Assembly (NCBI GenBank): GCA_037130265.1
Contig: JBAXTI010000001.1
Span: 32,418 to 96,417 of the forward strand
Direction: 5' to 3'
Source of the DNA: a bacterium
GTDB lineage: Bacteria; Patescibacteriota; Minisyncoccia; Phycocordibacterales; JBBTRF01
DNA: 64,000 nucleotides
Every line of letters begins with the position of its first letter. Within the stretch, counting starts at the first letter, position 1. The translations under genes were made by a program, and so were the position numbers. Positions 1-8,092 of the stretch are shown here, piece after piece. Below the pieces are notes generated by a model, which had not been told where the DNA came from, did not search any database, and saw only the letters and a list, made by a program, of their open reading frames with translations.

Positions 1-487
1 CTTCACCTCCTCGAACGCCTCGCTCTTCTGTGCCGCCTCCTTCACCCTGTCTTTTTTGGCAAACAAACCAGAGGCGCTGTCCTTGTTGAGCATGGAAGAG
101 CTGTACGGCACGACCACGAAGAAGCTCTTGGTCATGATGTTGGCCGATTCGGTGAATTTCTTGATGAATTCAATGTACTCACGAGTTTGCAGGCGGAGCA
201 ACTCCCCTGTCTGCTCCTTGTATCGATTTTCGAGCAGCGCGATGTATGGGCGGATGTCGAGTCGGCGTGAGCTCACGAAGATCTGCACGGTGAAGTCGAG
301 AGAGTTGAGGAAATTTTGGAATTGGTAGATGATCGCCTCCTGACTCTCGGTGGATTTGAGAGCAAAGTTGAGAGAGGAAGTGAGAAGGAGTGCACGCATC
401 GAGCCATCTTTGAGAATGGCAATGCCATCCCTCACCTCTTTGAGAGGGACAAATTGCTGGCTCGGTGCTGATTTGGTGAGGGCCATG
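1..487 (-). CDS. VirB4/TrbE/PrgJ-like T4SS ATPase, N-terminal fragment (gene continues beyond window start)
   Basis: Manual translation of the reverse strand from the ATG at 487-485 gives MALTKSAPSQQFVPLKEVRDGIAILKDGSMRALLLTSSLNFALKSTESQEAIIYQFQNFLNSLDFTVQIFV... with no stop before position 1. This matches the N-terminus of Gram-positive-type VirB4 homologues (DUF87). It lies immediately downstream of a PrgI-family gene. It is absent from the ORF track because it is truncated at the window edge. Confidence 0.6.
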
Positions 488-507
488 TTTCGCTTTATTA
501 TACCCGA

Positions 508-957
508 TTATACTTGTTTGTTGTCCTTCGTGACGGGATTCGTAAGATCTTTCGTGGTCACATCCAGACTCCAAGTCATGTCTTTCAGCTTGCTATCGGC
601 CAAGCGCGGGACGTATAGATTGTCGAGGTCACTTGAAGATTCGCGTTCCTCGGTCGTTCTCGCCACCGGTTTTTTGTCCTGTTTCTTCCAGATATATAGC
701 TTCTCCCCAATGTAGTATTTGAAGACGTTTTCGACGAAGAGGATGAACGTTTGGCGCTCATTTGGGTGATAGAAGGCGAGAGCGAGGGCAAAGGCCCCGA
801 CAGGAAGTGCCGCCATGACGCCAAAGAGCAGGCCCAAGTATCGGATGATCACGAAACACATCCCCGCCCCACCAGCAATATAGACGAACTGCTTGATCGT
901 GAGAGGACCAATAATCTTGTCTTCCACCTCGATGAATTGTGGAACTTGAAACCGCAT
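508..957 (-). CDS. PrgI family protein (T4SS-associated small membrane protein)
   Basis: The N-terminus MRFQVPQFIEVEDKIIGPLTIKQFVYIAGGAGMCFVI followed by two TM helices is characteristic of PrgI-family proteins. ATG start. Sits directly upstream of the VirB4-like gene. Confidence 0.6.
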   Translation of the reverse strand: MRFQVPQFIEVEDKIIGPLTIKQFVYIAGGAGMCFVIIRYLGLLFGVMAALPVGAFALALAFYHPNERQTFILFVENVFKYYIGEKLYIWKKQDKKPVARTTEERESSSDLDNLYVPRLADSKLKDMTWSLDVTTKDLTNPVTKDNKQV

Positions 958-1020
958 ACGGATATTATACCGCAGGCACGCGAAATGTCGGTGGGATTAG
1001 TGGCACTGGTCGCCGACGGC

Positions 1021-1635
1021 TTAGTTGATTGCTTCTCGGTACGGGTCTGGTTCGGTGTTAGTGCGCGAGATCTGCGGCGGCAAGCTGGTTGGTCGGCTCA
1101 TCTTCTGCTCCGCGAGGGTCTTTGGAGCGAAGGTGGGTGCAAATGGTGTTGGTTGCGATGCTGCGGGTGTGGAAGGGGTTGTGGGCGTGGCGGTTGTGGC
1201 GCGGGGCGACATATCGCCGGTGAGTGCGATCTTCCCTGGCGAATGGACCTCGAGGAGATGCTCGAAATGTGTCTCTACCGCAGGAATCTCTGCCTGTTCG
1301 CTCTGTGGAATCTCGTGGATGAGGATGAGGGACTCTCGGACCGGTCGGAAGATATTTTCGTTGATCTCGTCGGCGATTTTTTGGGCTGTCGTCGTCGGAA
1401 TATTTGCCAGCTGTGCGATGCGTTGGGAAAACCCTTTTATTGGGTCGACTGCCATGAGGATGTTGCAGGTTAGAGAATTGAGTTGCCACAACAGGCTGCT
1501 GACGACTCGGTGCTCCGTTCCGATTCGTTCGGTAGTCATCCTTGTTTTTTCATCAACGATGACGTCCTGAAGATCCTCAGGGATCTGCCAGAAGCGCTCA
1601 TCCAATTCTTTTTCGGTGCTGATAGAGTATTTCAT
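1021..1635 (-). CDS. hypothetical protein (T4SS-like operon member)
   Basis: 204 aa ORF with ATG start, tightly packed in the minus-strand operon. P/T-rich C-terminus. No recognisable domain. Confidence 0.5.
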   Translation of the reverse strand: MKYSISTEKELDERFWQIPEDLQDVIVDEKTRMTTERIGTEHRVVSSLLWQLNSLTCNILMAVDPIKGFSQRIAQLANIPTTTAQKIADEINENIFRPVRESLILIHEIPQSEQAEIPAVETHFEHLLEVHSPGKIALTGDMSPRATTATPTTPSTPAASQPTPFAPTFAPKTLAEQKMSRPTSLPPQISRTNTEPDPYREAIN

Positions 1636-1640
1636 TGGTG

Positions 1641-4175
1641 CTATTTTTTATCTCCGACTTTCGCTTCACCCCCACCCCCCTCCTTTTCCTTACCCTCCTT
1701 CTCCTTTTTATCAGACTCCTTTTCTTCACGTTTTTCACGACTCTCTTCTATTTTTTCAAGCTTCTTGTGAAGTTCGTTACGAGTTTTCTGTGATTTTAAT
1801 ATACGGCGCTTCTGGATCTGCAGCGAGTGTCTTGATTCTGGGGACAGTTTAGGGTCTGCAAGGTCATCTGCGATTTCTTCCAGAGTGACGACTTCTTCCT
1901 CGGCAAGCTTCTCACGTGCCTCCTTGTATCTCTTAAACATCTTTTCGAGCTGTTCGGCCTTCTTTTCCTTGTCAGCCATTGCCTCGATCTTCGACAATTC
2001 ATCAGCAGCTCCTGCGGATATATCGGCCTGAAGCGTTTTCCACTTCCTCCCCTCCTCAGTGCTCTCGTCATGTGCCTCAGGAAGCGCAGGGCTTAGTGCA
2101 GAATTTCTTGAGCTCTTGATCTCGGCACCAATGTTCTGCATATACGCGAGTATTCCCTTCTCCCAAGCCGCACCTTCTTCTGTCTTCTTCGCGTCCTTCT
2201 TCGTGTCCTCCTTGATTTGTTTATTAACAGCAGCAACTGCAGCAACATTCTCTTTGAAGCTTTCGCCAACACGGTATGGTTGGAAGTTCACCTTGGTGTT
2301 TTTGATGTTTTCCTTGGTCCAGGTTTTAGGATCAAGCGCCTTCAAATTAGTTGCGACATTCAAGGCTGGGGCGACAGGAGTGCCCGTCTTAATTGCCTCA
2401 ACATATCCCTGTTGTCGCTTTGGCTTTGCGTCGCCCTCCTTTTTCTCGAAGTCTTTCTTCTCACTTTCATATTGAGCCTCCCGCATTGCAAATGCCTCGG
2501 CACTTTCAAATGTTTTTCTGTACGGCTTCGGCTGGTTCCATTCAACAACCTTAGACATTCGTCCGTATCCTTCCTTGGCATTTTTCTCCGACTGTTTTAC
2601 GGCCCCATCAAACCCACCTTTTGCGCCACCAAAATCGGCACCAGCGACATTTTTAAGACTACTGTTCATGAGGCGACCAGCCAAAGGACTGACTGATTCG
2701 ATGTTCTTGGCAAAACCACTGTCCCGCGCTGCTGCGGCAGCTCTTCCGAGGGTATTCCTGCCAACCACGCCTTGCAGCTGCCCCTTCTTCTTTTTGAGGT
2801 AGTCGGTGAATACCTCCCCTCCTTCGATACCCACTTTACTTGCGCTCTTCAGAGCGTAGACCATCATTGCAATAACGATGATGAAGCGGAAAACGATGTT
2901 CACGGTCGTGCCGCTCAATGTTGAAAACAAACCAGAAAACCCGTCTGCCCCAGGTGCAACTGTCTGAAAACCAGGACTCTGCAGGATTTTGAAGGTGATC
3001 CACATCATGGCCATGTAGACGGGAGGAAATACGACATTTGCTTGAAGTTCTTTCCACCAATTGCTTTGATACTCGCCCAACTGTGGGAGGACAAAGCCAG
3101 CAAAAGCAATCGGTGAGCGAATCATGAGGAAAATGATGTCAATGAATCGCTTGAGGAAGAGCCAGCACGCCGCGACCATCACCACGATAGTGACACAGAT
3201 GAAAATGCTGCCCATGACAGTGGAAAGGATGTAGGCGAAGGTAGTCACTGGACTGTTAGCTATGTCGGTAACCACTCCACCGTATTTTGGCTTGTAAATA
3301 GTTTCAAGCTTCAGCGATTGCATAATACTGTTTGAGATGCCACCCGCACCGGATGTGCCGGTTGCAATCGAGCCGGGATTAATAGCCCCGGCCCCAACTC
3401 CAGGAAGCTGACTGTAGAATCCAATAGTGACAATGTTTGAAAGATCGAGCGCGACCTTGGTGATGAAAAGACTGAAGTTGATGAGTAGTGCCGCGAGTAC
3501 CAAGTTCCCTACCGTCTTTTTCCAATCGACTTTTTCCAAACCAAGAATAGTGCCTACTGCGGCATAGAGCAATGCAAAAATAAAGAAGAGGTTGATGAAG
3601 TCGCGGATCACTTTCCAGATGTCGGTGATGACGCCGAGACTGTCGATGGTGGTTTTGAGATTGACAATTGTCTTGTCGATGATGAAGTTGAAAACCAGGC
3701 CGACCAAGCCAAGTACCCAGCCGAACATCATCAGGATGGTGTTGCCAATGATTTTCATCGCGACAGGAATCCAGTTGTACGGATTGAGCATTCTCAAAGA
3801 AAAAACCGTGTCCTGATTTCCACTCCCCCCAGCCTGCTTCGGGTCGGTGTTATTCTGGCTCTGCGTGTTTGCTGAGGTGTTGCCGGAGCTCTGTTCAAGG
3901 GCGTCGGTGGCCGCATTTGGGTTGGCAGCCTGATTGATATTTGAAGTCTGCTCGAATGAATTGGTGTCCGCGTTTGGATCGGCTGGCGCTGTAGGCGGTG
4001 CGGTCTCGTTGGTACCCTCTTCCGGTGCGACATTTTGTGCCGGCGGAGTTACGGGAGGTGGCGCTGTCTCACTGCTACCTTCCTCAGCCGAAACGACATT
4101 TGCAAAGATTGAGCAAGTCAAAACCAGTACCATGAGTCCGGCCGCTATGTATTTGTACACAGAGTTGGTTTTCAT
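1641..4175 (-). CDS. large polytopic membrane protein, VirB6/TrbL-like candidate
   Basis: 844 aa. N-terminal signal peptide, then a low-complexity P/T/N-rich region, then about 8 hydrophobic helices, then a long K/E-rich hydrophilic C-terminal tail. This architecture and its operon position match VirB6/TrbL-type channel subunits. Domain call is by composition and topology only. Confidence 0.5.
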   Translation of the reverse strand: MKTNSVYKYIAAGLMVLVLTCSIFANVVSAEEGSSETAPPPVTPPAQNVAPEEGTNETAPPTAPADPNADTNSFEQTSNINQAANPNAATDALEQSSGNTSANTQSQNNTDPKQAGGSGNQDTVFSLRMLNPYNWIPVAMKIIGNTILMMFGWVLGLVGLVFNFIIDKTIVNLKTTIDSLGVITDIWKVIRDFINLFFIFALLYAAVGTILGLEKVDWKKTVGNLVLAALLINFSLFITKVALDLSNIVTIGFYSQLPGVGAGAINPGSIATGTSGAGGISNSIMQSLKLETIYKPKYGGVVTDIANSPVTTFAYILSTVMGSIFICVTIVVMVAACWLFLKRFIDIIFLMIRSPIAFAGFVLPQLGEYQSNWWKELQANVVFPPVYMAMMWITFKILQSPGFQTVAPGADGFSGLFSTLSGTTVNIVFRFIIVIAMMVYALKSASKVGIEGGEVFTDYLKKKKGQLQGVVGRNTLGRAAAAARDSGFAKNIESVSPLAGRLMNSSLKNVAGADFGGAKGGFDGAVKQSEKNAKEGYGRMSKVVEWNQPKPYRKTFESAEAFAMREAQYESEKKDFEKKEGDAKPKRQQGYVEAIKTGTPVAPALNVATNLKALDPKTWTKENIKNTKVNFQPYRVGESFKENVAAVAAVNKQIKEDTKKDAKKTEEGAAWEKGILAYMQNIGAEIKSSRNSALSPALPEAHDESTEEGRKWKTLQADISAGAADELSKIEAMADKEKKAEQLEKMFKRYKEAREKLAEEEVVTLEEIADDLADPKLSPESRHSLQIQKRRILKSQKTRNELHKKLEKIEESREKREEKESDKKEKEGKEKEGGGGEAKVGDKK

Positions 4176-4176
4176 G

Positions 4177-5082
4177 TTATTTCAGCCCACTACTCATGAT
4201 CTTGCTAATGCCCAAGTTGGCCAAAGCGATCACGATATCGTCGAATTCTCGGGCGAGGTTCAGGTAGTCGAGCTCGTTTCCCGTCGCTTTGCTGAGCTGA
4301 TCATTGATAAGGTTTCCGGGGGTCTTGATTGTGCCGTCGCTTGAAAGAAGCGACTTGAAGCCCTTGCCCCAATCAAGCGTGACCTTCGCCGTGTTCTGTC
4401 GACTCGTCACTCGAGCAGCGACGATCTCCTCGCCCATGAGCTGCGAGCCGAATGGGTTGTTCTGCGCCTGGCTTGTCATGGAGATCCAGCCCGGCCAACC
4501 ACCCTGACTGAAATCACCACCCACGAAACCTTGGAGATTTTTTACGATGCCGGTGATACTACATCGAGATGGTGCAGTGTAGCGATCGCGTTCCCGCAGG
4601 AATGAAAGTTGGAGTTGAAGGCGGAATGGGTCGCAGACGAAACCAAGCCCCGACCCGTCAATCATACGACCGATTTCTTGATCGGCGATCTTCCCGAAGA
4701 AGCCGGCTGGATCGGTGACGAAAGTTGGCCCTCCCTCAAAACCGCGATTGATCCAGTCAATGATCGATGATACGAGGGCGTGTACGACGGCCCTTGAGAG
4801 TGTTTTTACAATGAAGTCGAGGAAGCATTTTCGGTCGGTGATCTGATTTTGCGCAAGACCGATCTGCGTAGTTATCGTAATGACCCCGAGGTCGAGTACC
4901 GGTACAGCGATCGGAATAACTGCAGGGACAGGTGGTCTTGGAATACAACCAAAGAACGCCTCAGCTTTTTGTGGCGCAACAAGGGGTAGATCACTCGGTA
5001 CAAGGGTAACGAGGAGAATGGCAGTCACAAGAAAAAAGCATATCGCGTTTTTTCCTGCATTAGCAATGCGAAATCGCTTCAC
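4177..5082 (-). CDS. hypothetical secreted/membrane-anchored protein (T4SS-like operon)
   Basis: 301 aa with an N-terminal hydrophobic anchor. GTG start. The 2 nt gap to the 844 aa gene suggests translational coupling. Confidence 0.5.
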   Translation of the reverse strand: MKRFRIANAGKNAICFFLVTAILLVTLVPSDLPLVAPQKAEAFFGCIPRPPVPAVIPIAVPVLDLGVITITTQIGLAQNQITDRKCFLDFIVKTLSRAVVHALVSSIIDWINRGFEGGPTFVTDPAGFFGKIADQEIGRMIDGSGLGFVCDPFRLQLQLSFLRERDRYTAPSRCSITGIVKNLQGFVGGDFSQGGWPGWISMTSQAQNNPFGSQLMGEEIVAARVTSRQNTAKVTLDWGKGFKSLLSSDGTIKTPGNLINDQLSKATGNELDYLNLAREFDDIVIALANLGISKIMSSGLK

Positions 5083-5096
5083 CTCACAATTTTATC

Positions 5097-6014
5097 TCAC
5101 TGCCCTATAAGGGTAAAGGCATAACCCGGATCTTTTGTGGAGAATACAATGCCTTTTTTGGTGAAGTACTGCCCGACTGATTTCAGTGCGGCATTAAGTG
5201 CTGTGACATTTTGATCATAGGCCGAAAGGTGCGAGATGGCGGTGGCCGGATCGCTCTCGAATACCGCGAAGTGTGCGATGTTGACGCCGATCCGGCCAGT
5301 GACATTGGCGAGGACCACCTGGAGGGGTTTTGCATCACTCGGGATAGTCATTTGTACGAGCTTTTGGCCAATCTTCTCATATGCATCAGCCAATGCTCTC
5401 AGATTGTCGAGATCTTCTGAATTAGCGCCGCCCTCGGCCATTTTGGCGAGCAACGAAAGCTCGTTACCAGCAAGGTTTTTGGGAGAATTTTCCACAATCA
5501 GAGTAGCTAGGGCGTTGCCGTAGGTGCGAATTTGATCTGGGGTGGGGCTGGAAATAAGCCCAAGATTGGCCCCTGTGTAGGTAATGTACTCGATTTTCTT
5601 GGTATTTTCCTCGATAACGTTGTTCACGAGATTCGCTTGGAGTTCTGGGGTGATTTCCTGGCCGTTATTCTTCAAAATCAAGTATTTGGCGAAAAGATCA
5701 ATGGAAATGCGCTCAGTGAGGTTGCGTTGATCGAAGCTCTTTTCAGCATCAGAAACCTTGGATTCGGTCGTTGAAACGCCAGTTTCGCTGCCAGAAGTGT
5801 TAAAAGTGTCTCTGAAAAGGCCGGAATTGCTGCCGGAGACTGCCTGAATCTGTGCGCCACTGCCCACTTCCCCATTTTCAGGGCTGTTCCCAAGCTCGAT
5901 ACTCTTACCGGTCCGGCCAAGCAACACTATCCCCGCCACGGCAGCGAGTACGACGATTCCGAAAGCAATTTTTTTATAAAGAGGTTCCATAAAAGAGTAC
6001 GATCGGTCCGCCAT
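5097..6014 (-). CDS. hypothetical membrane-anchored protein (T4SS-like operon)
   Basis: The ORF track gives 5097..6038 with a GTG start. In-frame ATGs at 6014 and 5990 are more likely starts. Has an N-terminal TM helix. Confidence 0.45.
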   Translation of the reverse strand: MADRSYSFMEPLYKKIAFGIVVLAAVAGIVLLGRTGKSIELGNSPENGEVGSGAQIQAVSGSNSGLFRDTFNTSGSETGVSTTESKVSDAEKSFDQRNLTERISIDLFAKYLILKNNGQEITPELQANLVNNVIEENTKKIEYITYTGANLGLISSPTPDQIRTYGNALATLIVENSPKNLAGNELSLLAKMAEGGANSEDLDNLRALADAYEKIGQKLVQMTIPSDAKPLQVVLANVTGRIGVNIAHFAVFESDPATAISHLSAYDQNVTALNAALKSVGQYFTKKGIVFSTKDPGYAFTLIGQ

Positions 6015-6357
6015 AAGTGACACAAATATGAGTACCACAGTAGAAGTAGCAGTTCATGTACCCCGAAGCTTCGCCGAGGATAAACTGCCCCTCAGATATC
6101 AGCGGTCCGACAGCAAATGGCACAGATACATAGGTCACGAAATAGTAGGTGGTAAGAGATGGCGGTCCAGGTGGTCCGATGATGAATCGTTCGCCCCCAA
6201 GACAGACACCGGGTGGTTCGAGATAGAGTACCGGTCCACCAAAAGGGATCACTTGTGCATCCACTGGCGCTGGCGAGACGGAAGTAACAAATAAAAGACT
6301 AAAGACCAGCAATGCGGGAATATAGCGTAGCACTTTTTGTTTTATTTGAAACCTCAT
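5974..6357 (-). CDS. small secreted Cys-containing protein (T4SS-like operon)
   Basis: The ATG at 6357-6355 overlaps the stop of the upstream gene (ATGA coupling). Signal peptide present. Five Cys in the C-terminal half. Confidence 0.45.
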   Translation of the reverse strand: MRFQIKQKVLRYIPALLVFSLLFVTSVSPAPVDAQVIPFGGPVLYLEPPGVCLGGERFIIGPPGPPSLTTYYFVTYVSVPFAVGPLISEGQFILGEASGYMNCYFYCGTHICVTYGGPIVLFYGTSL

Positions 6358-7256
6358 CACGGTCGATTGAAAATAACCCCGGCCTCCCCAGCCCCGAATC
6401 GGATCCCTTTGTCTTTAAAAAATTGCATCAGAGCAATAAGCACCTTTGCATTTTCTATCACGGTATCATTATATCGCATCATGGACTCCGCGGTGATTGT
6501 CGTGCCAGATCGTCCGCTCCAAATGCTGTTCAGAGTATCCGCCTGTGTCGCGTAACTCTCTGAAATTTTCTTGTGAATTTCTGTTACTGAAGAGGCCTCT
6601 TGTTCGAGTGATATGCTGGAAACTTTCTTCGCAAACGAGTCAACTGTTTTTGCGAACGCCCCCAGTGAGTCGATCTTCTCTTGGCTCGGACTGTTTATCG
6701 TATCTACCAAAAGGTGGCCTATTTTATAGGTTTCTATGCTTTTGGTGTATGCGAGAATCGCTGTTGCGAGATCGTTGCCGTATTTTCTCAAGGCCTGTTC
6801 CGTGCTGACTGTAGCACTTTTTTGGGTGGTCGTTGCGACACCTTTGTTTTTCGTGGTCGTTGGTTCAGGCGCACTAGCTTCAATGTTCACCGTGCGAATC
6901 CTAAGAAGTTTTTCTCGTGTGAGTTTTCCAACAAAACCGGTTCCTGCGTTTAGACCGGCGGGCACGAGAACTTCCACGGGGTATTTTTCCTGGAAACGGA
7001 TGACCGCAGCAAGTGTCGCCTTTCCAAAGAAATCTGTTTCAAAACCAGCTGACCCTGCCCCACTCTCGGACACGATAGTATCGGCGTCGACATTCAAGAG
7101 TTGTTGAAGTGAGCGGACTTCTGGGTCGTGCATGCCAATGAATAGATTTTTTGACAGCATGCCTGCCTCAGCTTGCGCGACGGACGAGCGGGTCGTCGTA
7201 AAAAAAAGAAAAAACAGACAAAAAAATATGAAAATGGTCGAGGATCGGAAATCCAT
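6357..7256 (-). CDS. peptidoglycan-binding domain (PG_binding_1-like) protein with signal peptide
   Basis: The motif LQQLLN...FGKATLAAVIRFQEKY matches the putative PG-binding domain. N-terminal hydrophobic signal. Start taken at the ATG encoding MDFRSS (7256), just below the rsmA stop. Confidence 0.6.
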   Translation of the reverse strand: MDFRSSTIFIFFCLFFLFFTTTRSSVAQAEAGMLSKNLFIGMHDPEVRSLQQLLNVDADTIVSESGAGSAGFETDFFGKATLAAVIRFQEKYPVEVLVPAGLNAGTGFVGKLTREKLLRIRTVNIEASAPEPTTTKNKGVATTTQKSATVSTEQALRKYGNDLATAILAYTKSIETYKIGHLLVDTINSPSQEKIDSLGAFAKTVDSFAKKVSSISLEQEASSVTEIHKKISESYATQADTLNSIWSGRSGTTITAESMMRYNDTVIENAKVLIALMQFFKDKGIRFGAGEAGVIFNRP

Positions 7257-7258
7257 CC

Positions 7259-8065
7259 CTAAATCATAGCACACAGCTTCCCCCAATGTTCGAGCGTCAC
7301 CTCTTCCGCGCGCACTTTTTCGCCTAGGCCGAGCGTGGCGAGAGTTTCCGCACGTTTTTCAGCAGGAATTTCCAGGTTGCTCGCGAGGATTTTGCGTTTA
7401 TGTGAGAACCCCTTCTTCACGACTTCAAAAAATGCGGTTTCTGTAAGCAAACGGTCGAGGAAAAACTGTTTCGAGATCTTGTCGATGAGCAAAATCGCCG
7501 AATCCACTTTCGGTTCCGGAGAAAAATACTTGGCCGGCACCTTTGCGATGTATTTTGGCGTGCCGTACGCCTTCACACTGATTGAAAGAATGCTTTCCTT
7601 GCCGTCGCGGGCCACGATACGCTGTGCCACTTCTTTTTGGAGCATCAACACCATTTTGCTTGGCTGGTATGCCGACTCGAGGAACATGCGGAGGAGTTGG
7701 CCGGTGATGTAGTAGGGGATATTGGCGATGATCTTGTACTGCCCTTCGCGCAGGCCGCACTCCGCGAGCTTTTCGAGGGTCATTTCCAAGATGTCGCCGT
7801 GGATGAGGATGAGCTTGCCCGAGGCGAGCGAACCGGCAAACGCCTCTCGCAGCAGAGGGATCATGCGGTCGTCTTTTTCGATGGCGATGAGGCGGCCACC
7901 GGAGGAGAGTTTTGCGAGCAGTGCTTCGGTCAAAACCCCTTTTCCTGGGCCAATTTCAAGGATATTGTCGCCCGGCTGGATGTCTGCTGCAGACACGATA
8001 TCTCGCACTGCCTCTTTTGACTTGAGGAAGTTCTGGCCGAGCGATTTTTTGGCAGGGAGATGCAT
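7259..8065 (-). CDS. rsmA: 16S rRNA (adenine1518/1519-N6)-dimethyltransferase RsmA/KsgA
   Basis: Begins KKSLGQNFLKSKEAVRDIV...ILEIGPGKGVLTEALL. The full length matches KsgA. Confidence 0.9.
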   Translation of the reverse strand: MHLPAKKSLGQNFLKSKEAVRDIVSAADIQPGDNILEIGPGKGVLTEALLAKLSSGGRLIAIEKDDRMIPLLREAFAGSLASGKLILIHGDILEMTLEKLAECGLREGQYKIIANIPYYITGQLLRMFLESAYQPSKMVLMLQKEVAQRIVARDGKESILSISVKAYGTPKYIAKVPAKYFSPEPKVDSAILLIDKISKQFFLDRLLTETAFFEVVKKGFSHKRKILASNLEIPAEKRAETLATLGLGEKVRAEEVTLEHWGKLCAMI

Positions 8066-8092
8066 TGTTTTGTTCCTCTACCCTACCCGAAA

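Noticed and set aside
1025-1570. ORFs 1025..1570(+), 1058..1489(-) and 751..1473(+), opposite to or overlapping the 204 aa and PrgI genes
   Set aside because: They overlap the better-supported minus-strand operon genes. Their translations are Arg/Cys/Gly-rich with no features.
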